From the NCBI RefSeq assembly GCF_006345805.1, contig NC_043013.1, positions 56,420,001 through 56,484,000 on the forward strand: a DNA stretch of 64,000 bases, written 5' to 3'. A model generated the notes under the pieces. It saw nothing but the letters and a program-made list of their open reading frames with translations. It did no database searches and was not told the origin of the DNA. The DNA is from Octopus sinensis. Lineage: Eukaryota. The translations under genes and the position numbers were made by a program. Positions 1 through 13,360 of this stretch are shown piece by piece; position 1 is the first letter of the stretch; the number at the start of each line of letters is the position of its first letter.

Positions 1-1018
1 TCTGATGCTTCTTATGTCCAGCATTTCTCACAGGGCGCTTACACTTTGTCGTGTGTGCACACTGACATTACACATCCAGTGGATCCTGCTAGCTTCATTT
101 CTTTCAAGTCTATGCATGTCCTCTGCAGTCATGGCCCATGTTTCACTACCGTGAAGCATGGCGGTTCGCACACATGCATCGTACAATCTACCTTTCACTC
201 TGAGCGAGAGACCCTTTTTCACCAGTAGGGGTAGGAACTTTCTAAACTTTGCCCAGGCTATTCGTATTCTAGTGGTGACACTCTCTGAGCATCCACCTCC
301 ACTACTAGCGGAAACTATCAACAACTTCTAGTTTCTTCCCCTGGAGTGAGATGGAATCTGTTTTCTGAGTATCTGTGGTGTCTATTGCCCCTGTGTATCT
401 GCCGCACATGAAAGCTATCTTATCAGTTAATTTTCCTTTGATGTTGCTGCACCTCTTATGTGTCCATAGCTTACACTGGGTACATCTTATGGAGTTTCTA
501 CCTACATGTTTCCTACAGATCGAGCAGGGCCACCTGCCTGAGGATGTGTGTGATGAGTTCGCCTTTCTGCTTACTATAACTTTGGTCTTTGCTACATTTA
601 CTCTAAGGCCTTTTGATTCTAAACCTTGCTTCCACACTCGAAATTTATTTTCTACTTCCGGTAGTCATTCTGGTATGAGGGCCAGGTCATCAGCATAGAG
701 GAGCTCCCAGGGGCAACCGGTCTTGAATTCCTCTGTTATTGTCTGGAGTACTATGATGAATAAAAGGGGACTGAGTGCTGAACCTTGGTGGACTCCTACT
801 TCTACCCGGAATTCTTCACTATACTCATTGCCAATCCTAACCTTGCTGACAGCCTCTCTGTATAGGGCCTGTACAGCCCTTATTAACCATTCGTCAATCT
901 CCAGTTTCCACATTGCCCACCAGATAAGGGAGTCATTGGGTATGACTCCATTATGAACTACCTGGTTTACAATGTGGTTGACTAGGCCATAGCCCACACC
1001 ACCAGATGTTTTAAGCAT
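1..1018 (-). mobile_element. RTE-clade LINE fragment (RT core, Cys-rich insert, post-RT region), disrupted and internally deleted
   Basis: ORFs 665..1018 (GVHQGSALSPLLF...LLYADDL), 305..637 (CSICRKHVGRNSIRCTQCKLWTHKRC) and 28..324 (WAKFRKFLPLL...LHGSETW) are consecutive RTE ORF segments; homologous to copies at 9.1, 11.3 and 60.2 kb. Confidence 0.9.
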
Positions 1019-1187
1019 CTCAGTATTACATCAGTTTTAAAATGTCGAAATATATGATCTTCAGCCACATATAGAATTTTTTAATTAAATGGATAATGTA
1101 CATTTTTATACTTATTTCATTTGCCAAGCATATTAAAAGGGGCTCTTTGGAAAACTCATTTAAATAAAAGGGCTGGGAACCCTTGCT
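1019..1187. mobile_element. possible single end of a non-autonomous hAT element
   Basis: Ends in GGGCTGGGAACCCTTG followed by CTCTAGAC, resembling a Charlie-type CAGGGGTTCCCAA terminus and NTCTAGAN target; the other end is not seen. Confidence 0.3.
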
Positions 1188-1576
1188 CTAGACTTAGAGG
1201 TTCTTTGATTTTAGTTGGATTAGAATATATTTGCCTGACAAAATTAGATTTAACACCTAAACAGATATCAATCCTATTTCACTTCTATGATGTGTAGAGA
1301 TAAAGTGGAAAAGAAGAGGGGACCTTCAGTGTTGCTGATGGTTAATGGCCCTTTCTGGTGCCGGTGCCACAATAAATATGCACTTAATACACTATGTAAA
1401 GTGTTTGGTGTTAGAAAGGTCATTCAGTCATAGAAAGCAAGTCGAAAATGGAACCGACAAGTGAAGTGTGAGAGATTGGGCCCATGGAGGGGAAGAGGAA
1501 CACTGAATAAAAGTTGACTGAGACCATAGTGATCATGCTAGCTTAAACCAGCATTGAAGGTGGATGTAGACATATA

Positions 1577-1656
1577 GATGATGATGATGACGATGATGAT
1601 AATGACGATGATGATGACAACGATGATGATGATGATGACGACGACGATGACAATGA
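1577..1656. repeat. (GAT/GAC)n microsatellite, tail of a degraded RTE-derived 3' end (about 1345-1575)
   Basis: Direct reading; the same tail-plus-(GAT)n layout occurs at 10080-10238. Confidence 0.8.
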
Positions 1657-1695
1657 CAAGAAGGAGGAGGGAGTTGATGGTATATGTAGTGCTAA

Positions 1696-1927
1696 AGGTG
1701 GCAAGCTGGCAGAAACGTTAGCATGCTGGGCAAAATGCTTCGTGGTATTTCGTCTGCCGTTACGTTGTGAGTTCAAATTCCGCCGAGGTCGACTTTGCCT
1801 TTCATCCTTTCGGGGTCGATAAATTAAGTACCAGTTACGCACTGGGGTCGATGTAATCGACTTAATACCTATGTCTGTCCTTGTTTGTCTCCTCTGTGTT
1901 TAGCCCCTTGTGGGTAATAAAGAAATA
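1696..1927 (+). mobile_element. SINE family B (about 230 bp, tRNA-like head), complete, with 17-bp target-site duplication
   Basis: GGTATATGTAGTGCTAA at 1679-1695 and 1928-1944; near-identical copies at 41665-41884 (-) and 46403-46635 (+); B-box-like GAGTTCAAATTCC. Confidence 0.9.
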
Positions 1928-3475
1928 GGTATATGTAGTGCTAAGTGGCATCACATGGGTGATTCAACTTTCAGAATATATAATACAGAAGAGCTAAAGC
2001 TTTCGTAACTGAAATGTACAAGTTTATGATTATGGATGAAAGCCACTACACAACATGCAGCTCATCAAAGTAACATATTTGCTACCTGATCTGCTGGAAA
2101 TATCAGACAGTCTAATCCCTTGTTGTTGGTAGGAACCATTGTCAGATGCATCGTGTCTTTGTTTGGCTTCAGTTCAAAACCACAAACGTTTCCTTGGTTA
2201 TAAAAAACATTGACTTCATAGAAGGGATGGTGGAGTGTTAAATAGATTTACCAACAACATGGAATAACATGAATAAATGAAATGGAATATTTGATTCTTC
2301 AATCAGCAGTCGGACATTTCAAGAATTCCACAAGTTCCAAAATAAAAACTGAAACAAGTTTGTTTTTTGTTTTTTTTAGTTTGTTGTGAAAACGTTGAGA
2401 AAATTTATCACAGCTTTTAAGAAATGTTTCAAACATTTTTTTTTGTATTTTTATTTAAGGAAAAAAATATATATATAAGAAAGAAATTTTGAGTTGAAAT
2501 ATTTTATCTGATTGATATCATTTTTGGTTTTATTTAAAATCGAAAACAGAAATGATTCATAAAATATTATACACCTCCACCATACACAGTAACAAAAAAA
2601 AAAAAACATGGGAAGTAAAATGTCTTGAAGAATACTAGGAAAGATGGAGATAAAACATCAAAGATATAAAAAAGTGACAGGAAAAACTTACCTGAAGATA
2701 CTTATTGTTGCCAAACCTGTTCAGTGAAATGGTTTTTTTTACATTTTTCACTCCAATTAAATTTGTTTATTTCACCCAAGAATTTATGTCTCGCAACAAA
2801 ACAACGACCATATATTATTCCAATAGTAATACACTTTGTCCTGGTAATTACCAATAAACAAAGTTATTTATATCATCATAGAATTCGGTATTTATCCTGA
2901 TAATCCCTGAAAGATAATCACGCTCACAATTAGTCCTAGAAATTTATCCAAGAAACTTTTGCAAATTAAATCTATTTATTCAAGATCACTTCTGATATTC
3001 TGCTCGTTATTTGATTATTCTTGCTGCAGAACAGCTTCCTTTCCTCTCTTCAATATAAACTTTACCATTTTGCTTTGAGTAATAGACTTTAAGTTTACTT
3101 ATTAAATCAATGACAAGAGCTAAAGTATAATAAATCAAGAATATGAGACAATGCTGATTGAGAGCCAAGTTAATTAAATGGAGTCGCAGTTATTTACCTA
3201 TGAAAACCATCATTACAAGGAATGGCCACACCTGGGAAATATGAAGAAAAGAAAAACTGTCAACAGAGTTGAAGAAGCTTCACATGTATTAGCAGGTGTC
3301 ATTTAATTAGTGTAATAGTCCGTAGTTAATTAATAATATGTGTGTGTGTGTGTGCCATAAACGGCCACATTAGTAGTTGTGGCGGAAGGCATTTAGCCTA
3401 AAGCTTGCAACCGAGTGTGTCATATGCTTTTTCTAATTAGGAGAATTCATGTAGCATAGAAAGATACAAATACAT

Positions 3476-3848
3476 GTGAGAAGAGAAAGAGGGAGGGAGA
3501 GAAAGAGAGAGAGCGAGAGAGAATGAGAGAGAGAGAGCAAGAGAGAGAGAGAACAAGAGAGCAAGAGAGAGAGTGAGAGAGAGAGAGCACGAGAGAAAGA
3601 GAGCGAGAGATCGAGAGAGAGATAGAGAGAGCAAGAGAGAGAGAGAGCAAGAGAGAGAGAGAGCAAGAGAGCGAGAGAGAGAGAGAGCGAGAGAGAGAGA
3701 GAGCGAGAGAAAGAGAGAGAGCGAGAGAGAGAGTAAGAGAGAGAGTGAGAGAGAGAGAGCATGAGAGAGAGCGAGACAGAGATATAGAGATAGAGAGAGA
3801 GATAGAGAGAGCGAGAGAGAGGGAGAGAGAGAGAGAGCGAGAGAGGGG
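3476..3848. repeat. degenerate (GA)n polypurine tract
   Basis: Direct reading; explains ORFs 3433..3957 and 3573..3764. Confidence 0.95.
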
Positions 3849-4189
3849 GAGCTGACATGAAATAAATTAGGATTAGTGTATGAACTTTTCTTGCAAATAT
3901 ATTTTCTGGTTGTATCTCGTCATTTTGGGAGATTAATTCATTAAGTATGTGATGCATGAACTGTTATATAGGAGCAGTTCTCTTCCATTATTCTCCTGTA
4001 ATTAGTATTTGTTTTAATTAATGATTAGTTTTGTAGAATAATTAAAAATGAAGCAAAATCTTCTTTAACAATTGTTTGGATGATTTCTATAAACAGAGAA
4101 GCATTTTATACGCTTGGAATATTTAGCAATTCCAAACGAAAATTCAAAATAGTTTTCTTTCTGGAAATCCTGGAGACATATGTAGTCTA

Positions 4190-4323
<134 letters not shown>

Positions 4324-6857
4324 ACACATATGTGCATATTCATTTTAGAAAGTGTAAAGAGCATGTATATTGTTATATTCAAGTGTATGTGTGTGTGTGT
4401 GTGTATTTTGGTGTCCAAACTATCAGGGAATGGATGTGTATTTTTTCCCTTTAGCAAGAAAGGATGTCTGTTGTAGTAGAAATGGAACTTTCTCCCTGCT
4501 CCTTGTGAATAAAGTTGTACATTATTTCTACAAAGTGTCATGATAGATAATCTGGTCTAGCTTTGCTCTCCATTTCAATATAATTGACTTCTGAGGTGGA
4601 TTGCCATAAAATAATAGATAACTTTGCAACAATGAAAACTTTATTTCTGTTTTAAATCCAAATGTGCAATAATTGTGTAACACTTATGATTTTATTGGAT
4701 TTTAATTTCAAATACATTATATATATATTTGTGATCTTACCTTAAAATGTTTTGATTGTGTTTTAATTTCAAATAAAACTTTGCTTGCTTTAAGTCTATA
4801 GCCTCTTTGTGTTTTCTCAAAGATGGATTTGTTTAAATGCAAAACATATATGTAGAAAGAACTTGATGCATCGTCTCAGACTTCTTATTTTTGTGCTTGA
4901 GTTTTCATACTTTAGAACTTTACTACAGATTTGGTAGTAACTAAAGAATAATTCAATTTGGATCATTGACTTTACAGAACATGCAACGAAGAAAACAATA
5001 ATTCAAAGATACTATTGGTTGTTCTAATTCTAATTGGAACAAAACCAAAGAGGTGGAATCTGCAGAAAACAAAATGTGAAAACTGAGATTAAATATTGCA
5101 AGAATGGGATTTATTGAAGTGATTGGCTGACATAGCTGTATGTGGGGCTTTGATTTCAGTCAAAGATAAATATTTTGATGCAAAAAGGGTTTTAGTGGCT
5201 TCAGTTGTTTTCTCGGTCGGTTGGTAGATTGGATTTAAGAAACATTAAGGACATGACATGTTCTGATTGATCAAATATAAAGCACCAATGAAACGAACTG
5301 GCTTTTATCAGATGTTTACCGAGGAAGACATTGGCAAGTTCTAATGAAGCAAGTGTGAATGGTTGATGCAGAATAAAAAGATGCACAGTTACCTCTGGTG
5401 AACACAAGACGAACTTTTAGTGTTTGGTAAGCTCCATCATTGTATGGTCTTGAAAGGAATAATATCATTTCCTGTCTGTCTTAAGATTTGCACGAATAGA
5501 TAAAGAATCTTTTCAAATTCTTTTACTTATGAATTTGTGGTTGCAGTTTGACTTCATTTATACAAAACGGCTGCATCTTTAGACACAAAATGGTTTTGAC
5601 CTTTTCTTAATGGAAGCCCAATCCTCACACAATTTCAGATCATGGAAATATTTTCCTTCTTATTTTACACACAAAATCATTTCTCTCATAAAACCAATAA
5701 ATAATGGAATTACCATGAATTTCAAATATCAACATAAAATCCATTTTTATAAAGCAATTTAATCAACAGTGAATTTCCTATCTTTAACATTCTCTGCCAA
5801 TTTACATCTAAAAGTGCATGTAATGGTAGATGTGCTCTTTGTACTTAATATTATATGAACTTTTGGTAAACCTGTTATTCCTTCAAGACTATATTGAAAA
5901 ATTTTATCAATTTTTATGTTCCATGACAGAATTTCTGAAGGTGAACATAGAGAAAATTTCCATGGTTTAATGTTTGGTAAAACACACTAGAAATACCAAG
6001 AACAGCACCAACAAGCTCTTTAGTAAATCCATTCCAAAAGTGTTGAAGATAAAAATTAATTAGGATCGGATTTCGTTAACCGAAATATTGGGATTTATAC
6101 AAAGTTTCCAGGGTATTAGCAACAATATGGTTAATCTTGAAAATCAAGATTAACCATGTTAAGCATCTTGTTCTGATGAAGGCAATGATGGAAATGGAAC
6201 AATTAACAATGTCATAGTCTGCAGTTTAGTCATGCAAGAACAGGATTCTTTGTAATTTTGAGTACAATCTATGTGTCACTGAGCATCAAGTTATATCGAA
6301 ATACATATTCAAAGTGAAAAGATCATGTACAAGACAGAGATTATTGCAATACGAAATGACAATAAATAATTCTTAAAAGAGTCCATTCAAAAAAGTGTGT
6401 CTGCAGATCAAACAGAAGAACTGCCATCAAAAGTTGACCTTTAATTTGAAAAATGTTCTTTTAACATTAAAAACGTTTATTTTTCTTATTTGCTTAGTGA
6501 GCAATGTCAAGTAAAAAATGTAATAAATATAAAACTCATTGAGTATTTCGTTACTGAACAATAATCCTATAACAAACATATTATCTAGCACTCAAAATCT
6601 ATTTAATTACAAAATATATTTGCTTTTATTTAAATATCTATTAAGTACCCAGTGGTCAAAGTAGATGATCCTGGGTGTGACTTTAAAGAATATCCAAGGA
6701 ATAAGATTGAGAAACACTAACTATTGACAGGAACGAAAAAAGAGTTTGATGTACTGCTAGGTCAATGGAGCAACGGAGCAACCACACATGTCTTAGCTAC
6801 AGAGACAACACAGTTGACATACTTTGTCTAGACATACATACACAAATACACACACTC

Positions 6858-6860
<3 letters not shown>

Positions 6861-6904
<44 letters not shown>

Positions 6905-6914
6905 TGTGTGTGTG
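6861..6914. repeat. (TG)n microsatellite
   Basis: Direct reading. Confidence 0.9.
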
Positions 6915-7132
6915 TTCATCTCCGTGTGACAATGCAAATAACTTTAGGTGACAGAACCTGAAGATTAGCCAACCTGGTTCTCTGTATATTTCAAACTGGC
7001 TTTCCTGTGGAACGACTGCAGTCTGTGTTTAACCTATTCTATTCTTTCCATCCTTGGAGAAAACTATCTATCTATCTATCTGTCTATCTGTCTATCTGTC
7101 TGTCTGTCTGTCTGTCTAGCTATACATATCAC

Positions 7133-7310
7133 CATCATCATCATCAACATAATCATCAATGTTTAATGTCCACTTTCCATACTGCCATGCGTTGCATGGT
7201 TTGACATGGAGCTGGCCAACTGGCAGCTGTCCAGAATCCAGTTGCCTGTTGCAGCAAGGTTCTTAACACCAACGATTTAACAAAGTGTGCTGGCTGCTTT
7301 TCATGTGTGG
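7133..7310 (-). mobile_element. degraded RTE-derived 3' tail (SINE-like), ending in (GAT)n
   Basis: Reverse complement resembles 10080-10238. Confidence 0.6.
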
Positions 7311-7337
7311 TAAATACATATATATATATATAGTGAT

Positions 7338-7745
7338 GCATATTTGCCATTTGAATATGGCTAACCTCTAAGGGTGGATGCTACTGTAGTTTGTAGCCCT
7401 CCAGCTGGCTATAGACACACTATCTGTGCCCTATCAGTATTTGTGAAGGGAAGTCACCCTTCACAAATACTGATAGGGCACAGATAGTGTGTCTATAGCC
7501 AGCTGGAGGGCTACAAACTACAGTAGCATCCACCCTTAGAGGTTAGCCATATTCAAATGGCAAATATGCCTCACGATGTGTTACCGCTACTGTTTATAAC
7601 TCGCTCGGAGATTTATCATTATATAGGACACAGGGAAAAAATGTGTCAAAGCTATCAGGAGGCGTTCGATGCTTCCTAGGGCTATACAGCGGTCGTGTAC
7701 CCCCTACTGTCACGTTCTTGTTAGATTGACAGTATACAACCATTC
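7338..7745. mobile_element. fold-back element with a 113-bp perfect inverted repeat, flanked by (TA)n on both sides; probably Penelope-derived
   Basis: Arms 7338-7450 and 7457-7569 are exact reverse complements with loop AAGTCA; PLE origin inferred only from architecture shared with other elements here. Confidence 0.6.
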
Positions 7746-8450
7746 TATATATATATGTTTATATAAATAAGAGGAGAGACCACTAAGTGGATTCCTTGTA
7801 TGCTAAAAATAGACACCAAACCATCCTACCACGAAAAATGTGTTCTCAAATTAGCAAGACGCCAGATGTTTACAATCTAGACAAATGAAATGAAATAAAC
7901 ATAGCCCTTAATTCCATTCCTTAAGGTTTTGCCAAAAACAATTTGATTATTGTCTGTGGCTTCTCAGTAGAATCAGTTCCTTTATTATTTATTTTAAATA
8001 TCTGTGTCCAGTTGATTCACTGCATTTATTCTCTGGCTGGGTGGGCTAATATGAGGACTTTTCAATTGAAGTTACAATGCATAATAGTGGAACTCTATAC
8101 ATGCGTATCCTCTCATGGAGATGGGTGGTGTCTAGTTCCATTGTTATGTCTTAGCACCGAAATCACTGTGGAGCCACACACAATAATTGAGTTGTTTATG
8201 GTGAAACCTTAAGATATGGAATTAAGTGGCTCGTAAACATCTAGTGTCTTGCTAATTTGAAAATACATTTTTTGTGGTAGGATGGTTTGAAGTCTATTTT
8301 TAGCTTGAAAGGAATCCACTTAGTGGTCTCTCCCCTTAATTATATTTAAATATAATTTACAGTCCTCGGACGTTTTTTTTATGTATGCTGACCACTGGTT
8401 CAAATTGGTATTATTTAATAATATTAATTTCTACACTTATTATTTAATTT

Positions 8451-8590
<140 letters not shown>

Positions 8591-9008
8591 GGCGCAGGAG
8601 TGGCTGTGTGGTAAGTAGCTTGTTTACCAACCACATGGTTCCGGGTTCAGTCCCACTGTGTGGCACCTTGGGCAAGAGTCTTCTACTATAGTCTCGGGCC
8701 CACCAAAGCCTTGTGAGTTGATTTGGTAGATGGAAACTGAAAGAAGCCCGTCGTATATATGTATATATATATATGCGTGTGTGTGTTTGTGCGTCTGTGT
8801 TTGTCCCCCTAGCATTGCTTGACAACCGATGCTGGTGTGTTTATGTCCCCATTACTTAGCGGTTCAGCAAAAGAGACCGATAGAATAAGTACTGGGCTTA
8901 CAAAAAAAAATAAGTCCCGGGGTCGAGTTGCTCGGTTAAAGGCGGTGCTCCAGCATGGCCACAGTCAAATGACTGAAACAAGTAAAAGAGTAAAAGAGTA
9001 AAGAGTAA
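8591..9008 (+). mobile_element. SINE family A (about 420 bp, tRNA-derived head, internal TA/TG microsatellite, AAAGAGT-type tail)
   Basis: A-box-like TGGCTGTGTGG and B-box-like GGTTCAGTCCC; homologous copies at 24623, 31186, 49845 (-) and 55250. Confidence 0.9.
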
Positions 9009-9084
9009 TATATATAAATATTGAGAGAGAGGGGGGGGGAAAGAGAGATACACATTTACAAACACATATACAGATTCCATCACA

Positions 9085-10238
9085 CTCCAGGGGGAGAAAC
9101 TAGAAGTAGTTCATAGTGGAGGTGGATGCTCAGAGAGTGTCACCACTAGAATACGAATAGCCTGGGCAAAGTTCAGAAAGCTCCTACCCCTACTGGCGAC
9201 AAAGGGTCTCTCACTCAGAGTGAAAGGTAGATTGTATGATGCATGTATGCGAACCGCCATGCTTCACCATAGTGAAACATGGGCTGTGACTGCAGAGGAC
9301 ATGCGTAGACTTGAAAGAAATGAAGCTAGCAGGATCCACTGGATGTGTAATGTCAGTGTGCATGCACGACAGAGTGTAAGCACCCTGAGAGAAATGCTGG
9401 ATATAAGAAGCATCAGATGTGGTGTGCAAGAGCGATGGTATGGTCATGTACTGCGGATGGATGAGGAGAGATGTGTGAAGAAGTGCCACTCCCAAACAGT
9501 TGAAGGTATCAGGGGGAGAGGTAGACCCAGGAAGACATGGGATGAGGTAGTCAAGCATAACCTCAGAGCGTTGGGCCTCACTGAGGCAATGGCGAAGGAT
9601 CGAGATCTCTGGAGATATGCTGTGACTGCAAAGACCCGGACTGCTTCCTCCACCAGCTCCGCATAGCCCCTGCCCATTCAAAGTATCCTGGATTCCAGAA
9701 CATTGCGCTGTGCTTGAGGAGACCTGTTGAGTCAAGTATATGAACATGAACATCGAAATAAATATCAATGGAAATAGTAGATGTGATACCTGTGCCGGTG
9801 GCACATAAAAAGCACCATCCGAACGTGGCCGATGCCAGTGCCGCCTTGACTGGCTTCTTTGCCGGTAGTACATAACAAGCACCGTCCAAATGTGGCCGAT
9901 CCCAGCGCTGCCTCGACTGGCTCCAGTGCCGGTGGAACATGAAAAGCACCATCTGAACGTGGCCGTTGCCAGCGCGACCTTGGCTGGCTTCCGTGCCGGT
10001 GGCACGTTAAAAGCTCCAACCGATGCCGGACCCCCCTGGCACCTGTGCAGGTGGCACGTAAAAAGCACCCACTACACTCGCGGAGTGGTTGGCGTTAGGA
10101 AGGGCATCCAGCTGTAGAAACTCTGCCTGATCAGACTGGAGCCTGGTGCAGCCCCTGGCTTCCCAGACCCCGGTCAAACTGTCCAACCCATGCTAGTGCA
10201 GAAAACAGACGTTAAACGATAATGATGATGATGATGAT
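9085..10238 (+). mobile_element. RTE LINE 3' end with 3' UTR (67-bp tandem units) and (GAT)n tail
   Basis: ORF 9220..9666 (LYDACMRTAMLHHSETW...WYGHVLRMDEER...RGRGRPRKTW) is a typical RTE C-terminus; tail ends GATGATGAT. Confidence 0.9.
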
Positions 10239-11233
10239 ATACATGTATATGTATATATATGTATGTATGCTCATACATATACTTTCTCTTTTCCACTCTT
10301 CTTGATTCTTAATTTTACTTGACTAAATATTTTTTATCACTCATTCCTCAATCTCTGAAATACTTATACTGTGTTGTGTTGGTAGTAGTAACTTTAAATG
10401 CTGAAATGGCAAGTTATCTTAAAACTAATTGACTAACCCATTGAGACACATGCCCCAGCATGGCCACACTCTAGTGTTTATAACCAGCAAAATAGCAACG
10501 AGATGTAATCAATGCAATTCTTCTGGTCTTCTTCTATGTCTTCTAAACAGCAATGTTCCACCTACAGCTGCAGTCCAAATTCTACACAAAGAAACTCATA
10601 CATTTAGCATTGTGCAGCTCTGCGACAGAAGCCAAACTTAAGAATAGAAGCAGCTTGCAATTTAACTTTGGTGAAGTAGGAATATCCATTTACCAAATAG
10701 CAACCTGCTTGCATTCTCAAGTTTCACTGCTATCTGAGGGCTGTAAAATACTATATGCTAAATGTGGAGATTTCTTTGTCTCCAAGATGGACTGTGGCTA
10801 TTGGTGGGACACTGCTGTTTGGAATGTATAGATGACCAGCTGAATGGTATTGATTAGTCTGTTTATTATTTTACTGATTATACTGATTACAGACACTGAA
10901 CTGTAGTCATGCTGGGGCACTTCGATCAATGGTTGTTAGTCAGTTAGGTTTAAGATAAGTTGCCATTTCAGCATTTAGAATTGCTGTTACTTACAGGACA
11001 AATATTTCAGAGATTGAGTTATGATTCAACGAATGAACGACAAAAAATATGAAGTTGAGTAAAATCAAGAATCAGAAAGTGAGGGTAACAAATATTGTGT
11101 ATGTATATATATGTGTGTGTGTGTGTGTATGTGTGTATTTACTTGCATACAAACATACATATTTATATACATATGTATGTATGCATTTATCCGCCTGGCT
11201 CTCTGTCTGTCAATCAATCTATCTATCCATCTG

Positions 11234-11271
<38 letters not shown>

Positions 11272-11316
11272 TATACATATATGTCATTTATACAAACATG
11301 CACAACTATACATATA

Positions 11317-13010
11317 TATAAGGTTATAGAGGTTGTTAGGGTCTGCAATAGAGTGCTTAAGCTTAGGCTAGTAATGCAGAATAACCCAACTGCTATCATC
11401 TATGCTTATGCCCCACATGCGGGGCTACCAAATGATCAAAAGGACCACTTTTATGACACCCTTCTACAGGCTACCTCAAAGACGAGTGGCAATGACCACA
11501 TCTTCGTGGCTGGAAGTTTTAATGGGCATGTCGGCGGGAAGCAGGTATCTTCACTGAGGTACACGGTAGCCATGGTATTGGCACTCAAAACGATGAGGGA
11601 ACCAGGCTACTGGAATTCTGTGATGCATGTAACCTTCTAATCTGCAACACTAACTTCAGGAAGCCAGACAGCCACCTGATAACCTATCAATCAGGTGACT
11701 CTTCTAGCCAGATTGATTTCATCCTCACCAGACAGCGGGACGCAGGGTTGCTCTTAAATGCAAAGACCCTCCCAGGTGAAGAATGTACCCCCCAGCATAG
11801 GCTAGTCATTAGTGACTTTACGCTTGAGGCCAGAAGGATACCAAGAAGCAAACCAATCCAAAAAAGAAGGATTTGGAAGCTAAAGAACCCTTCACATGGT
11901 CACAGATTTAGGGACATCCTCATCAAGAAATTTGAGAAGAGGGAGGAGGAACTACAGACATCGGACATAGAAGGTAGCTGGAAATTCCTATGGGACAGCT
12001 TGCTGAGTGCCACAGACCAAGTCTCTGGCTGGTGCAAAGTCCCTTCCAGAGCTAGAGTTACGTGGTGGTGGAATAGTACAGTAGACAAGGCCATCAGGGC
12101 AAAGAAACAGGCCTGAAAAGCCTGGAAGGATGGAGGTAGCTGGGAACGGTACCAGGTAACCAGAAGGGAGGCTAGGCAGCAGGTATACATAGCCAAGAGC
12201 ATAGCGGAAAAGAAGATGTTTGCCAATGTCCAGAGACGTGAGGACCAAAGAACTAAGGTATTTCGGATTGCAAGACAGTGTGTGAGAGAAAATTGTGATG
12301 TCACAGGGGAGAAATGTGTTCGAATGGATGATGGGGCACTTGCTTTTTGTGATTCTGAAAAGAAAGAGGCTTGGAGAAGCCACTCCGTGAGACTGCTGAA
12401 TGTGGAGAACGAGTGGGAGGAGGAGAGCCTGCCAAATATTGACCCAGTAGCTATCCGTATAGATAGCTTGGGCAAAGTTTAAAGCTTCCCCCCCCTACTG
12501 GCGACAAAGGGTCTCTCGCTCAGAGTGAAAGGCACGTTGTATGATGCATGTATGCGAACTGCCATGCTTCATGGCAGTGAAACGTGGGCTGTGACTGTAG
12601 AGGACATGCGTAGGCTTGAAAGAAAGGAAGCTAGATGTGTAATGTCAGTGTCCATGAGAGAAATGTTGGATGCAGTGTGCAGGAGAGACGATTGCATTGG
12701 TACGGTCATGTACTAAGGATGAACGAGGAGAGATGTGTGAAGAAGTGCCACTCCCAAACTGTTGAAGGAATCCAGGTTAGAGGTAGACACGGGAAGACAT
12801 GGGACGAGGTGGTCAAGCATGACCTTCGTACTTGGAGCCTCACAGAGGCTATGACGAAAGACCGAGACCTCTGGAGATATGCTGTGACTTCGAAGACCCG
12901 ACAAATGAAGTGAGTCCATGGCTCGCAGGATGGCCTGCTGTGCTAACCTTGGATCGTAGAGTGACCCGCTGTTCTTGAAGAAACCTGTTGAGTCAAGTTC
13001 GTCAACATTA
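11317..13010 (+). mobile_element. RTE LINE: APE endonuclease and linker joined directly to the post-RT end (RT core deleted)
   Basis: IIYAYAPHAG...GSFNGHVG and TYQSG..SSQIDFIL-type endonuclease motifs; junction near 12470 jumps from AIRIDS to GKV/KGLSLRVK. Confidence 0.9.
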
Positions 13011-13360
13011 AAAGTGCTAATTGAGATAATAATAATAATTTCTTAAGTAGCCAGAAGATGGATTTAGTATTAATCTTTATTTTGTACAATGGTCATCGTT
13101 TCGACCCATCCTGTTGCTGTCCCTGATGAAGAGACTGTGATGACAGACCACTGGTAAGATTGTCTTCCAACTATAAACTATACGAACTACCACTGAAATT
13201 GACCATATGGGTGGGTGGGCCAATGTCCCTTGTGTGAGTGCATGTACAAGTGGGTGTGTGTGTGAATGTGTGTACACACATCCCTGACCTGAGCTAGCTT
13301 ACTAGCTAAACAACCTGTCCCCCCACTAGACATTCTAGCCTGCATATATATATATATATA

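Noticed and set aside
2687-2745. Strong minus-strand splice donor (CAG/GTAAG) with a possible upstream acceptor
   Set aside because: No convincing coding exon or partner exons; such motifs are expected by chance.
8591-8670. tRNA gene
   Set aside because: A/B-box-like motifs belong to SINE heads; no full cloverleaf could be built.
9211-10068. 285-aa ORF, the longest in the window
   Set aside because: It is antisense to the RTE 3' end and its GC-rich UTR repeats; no independent protein features.
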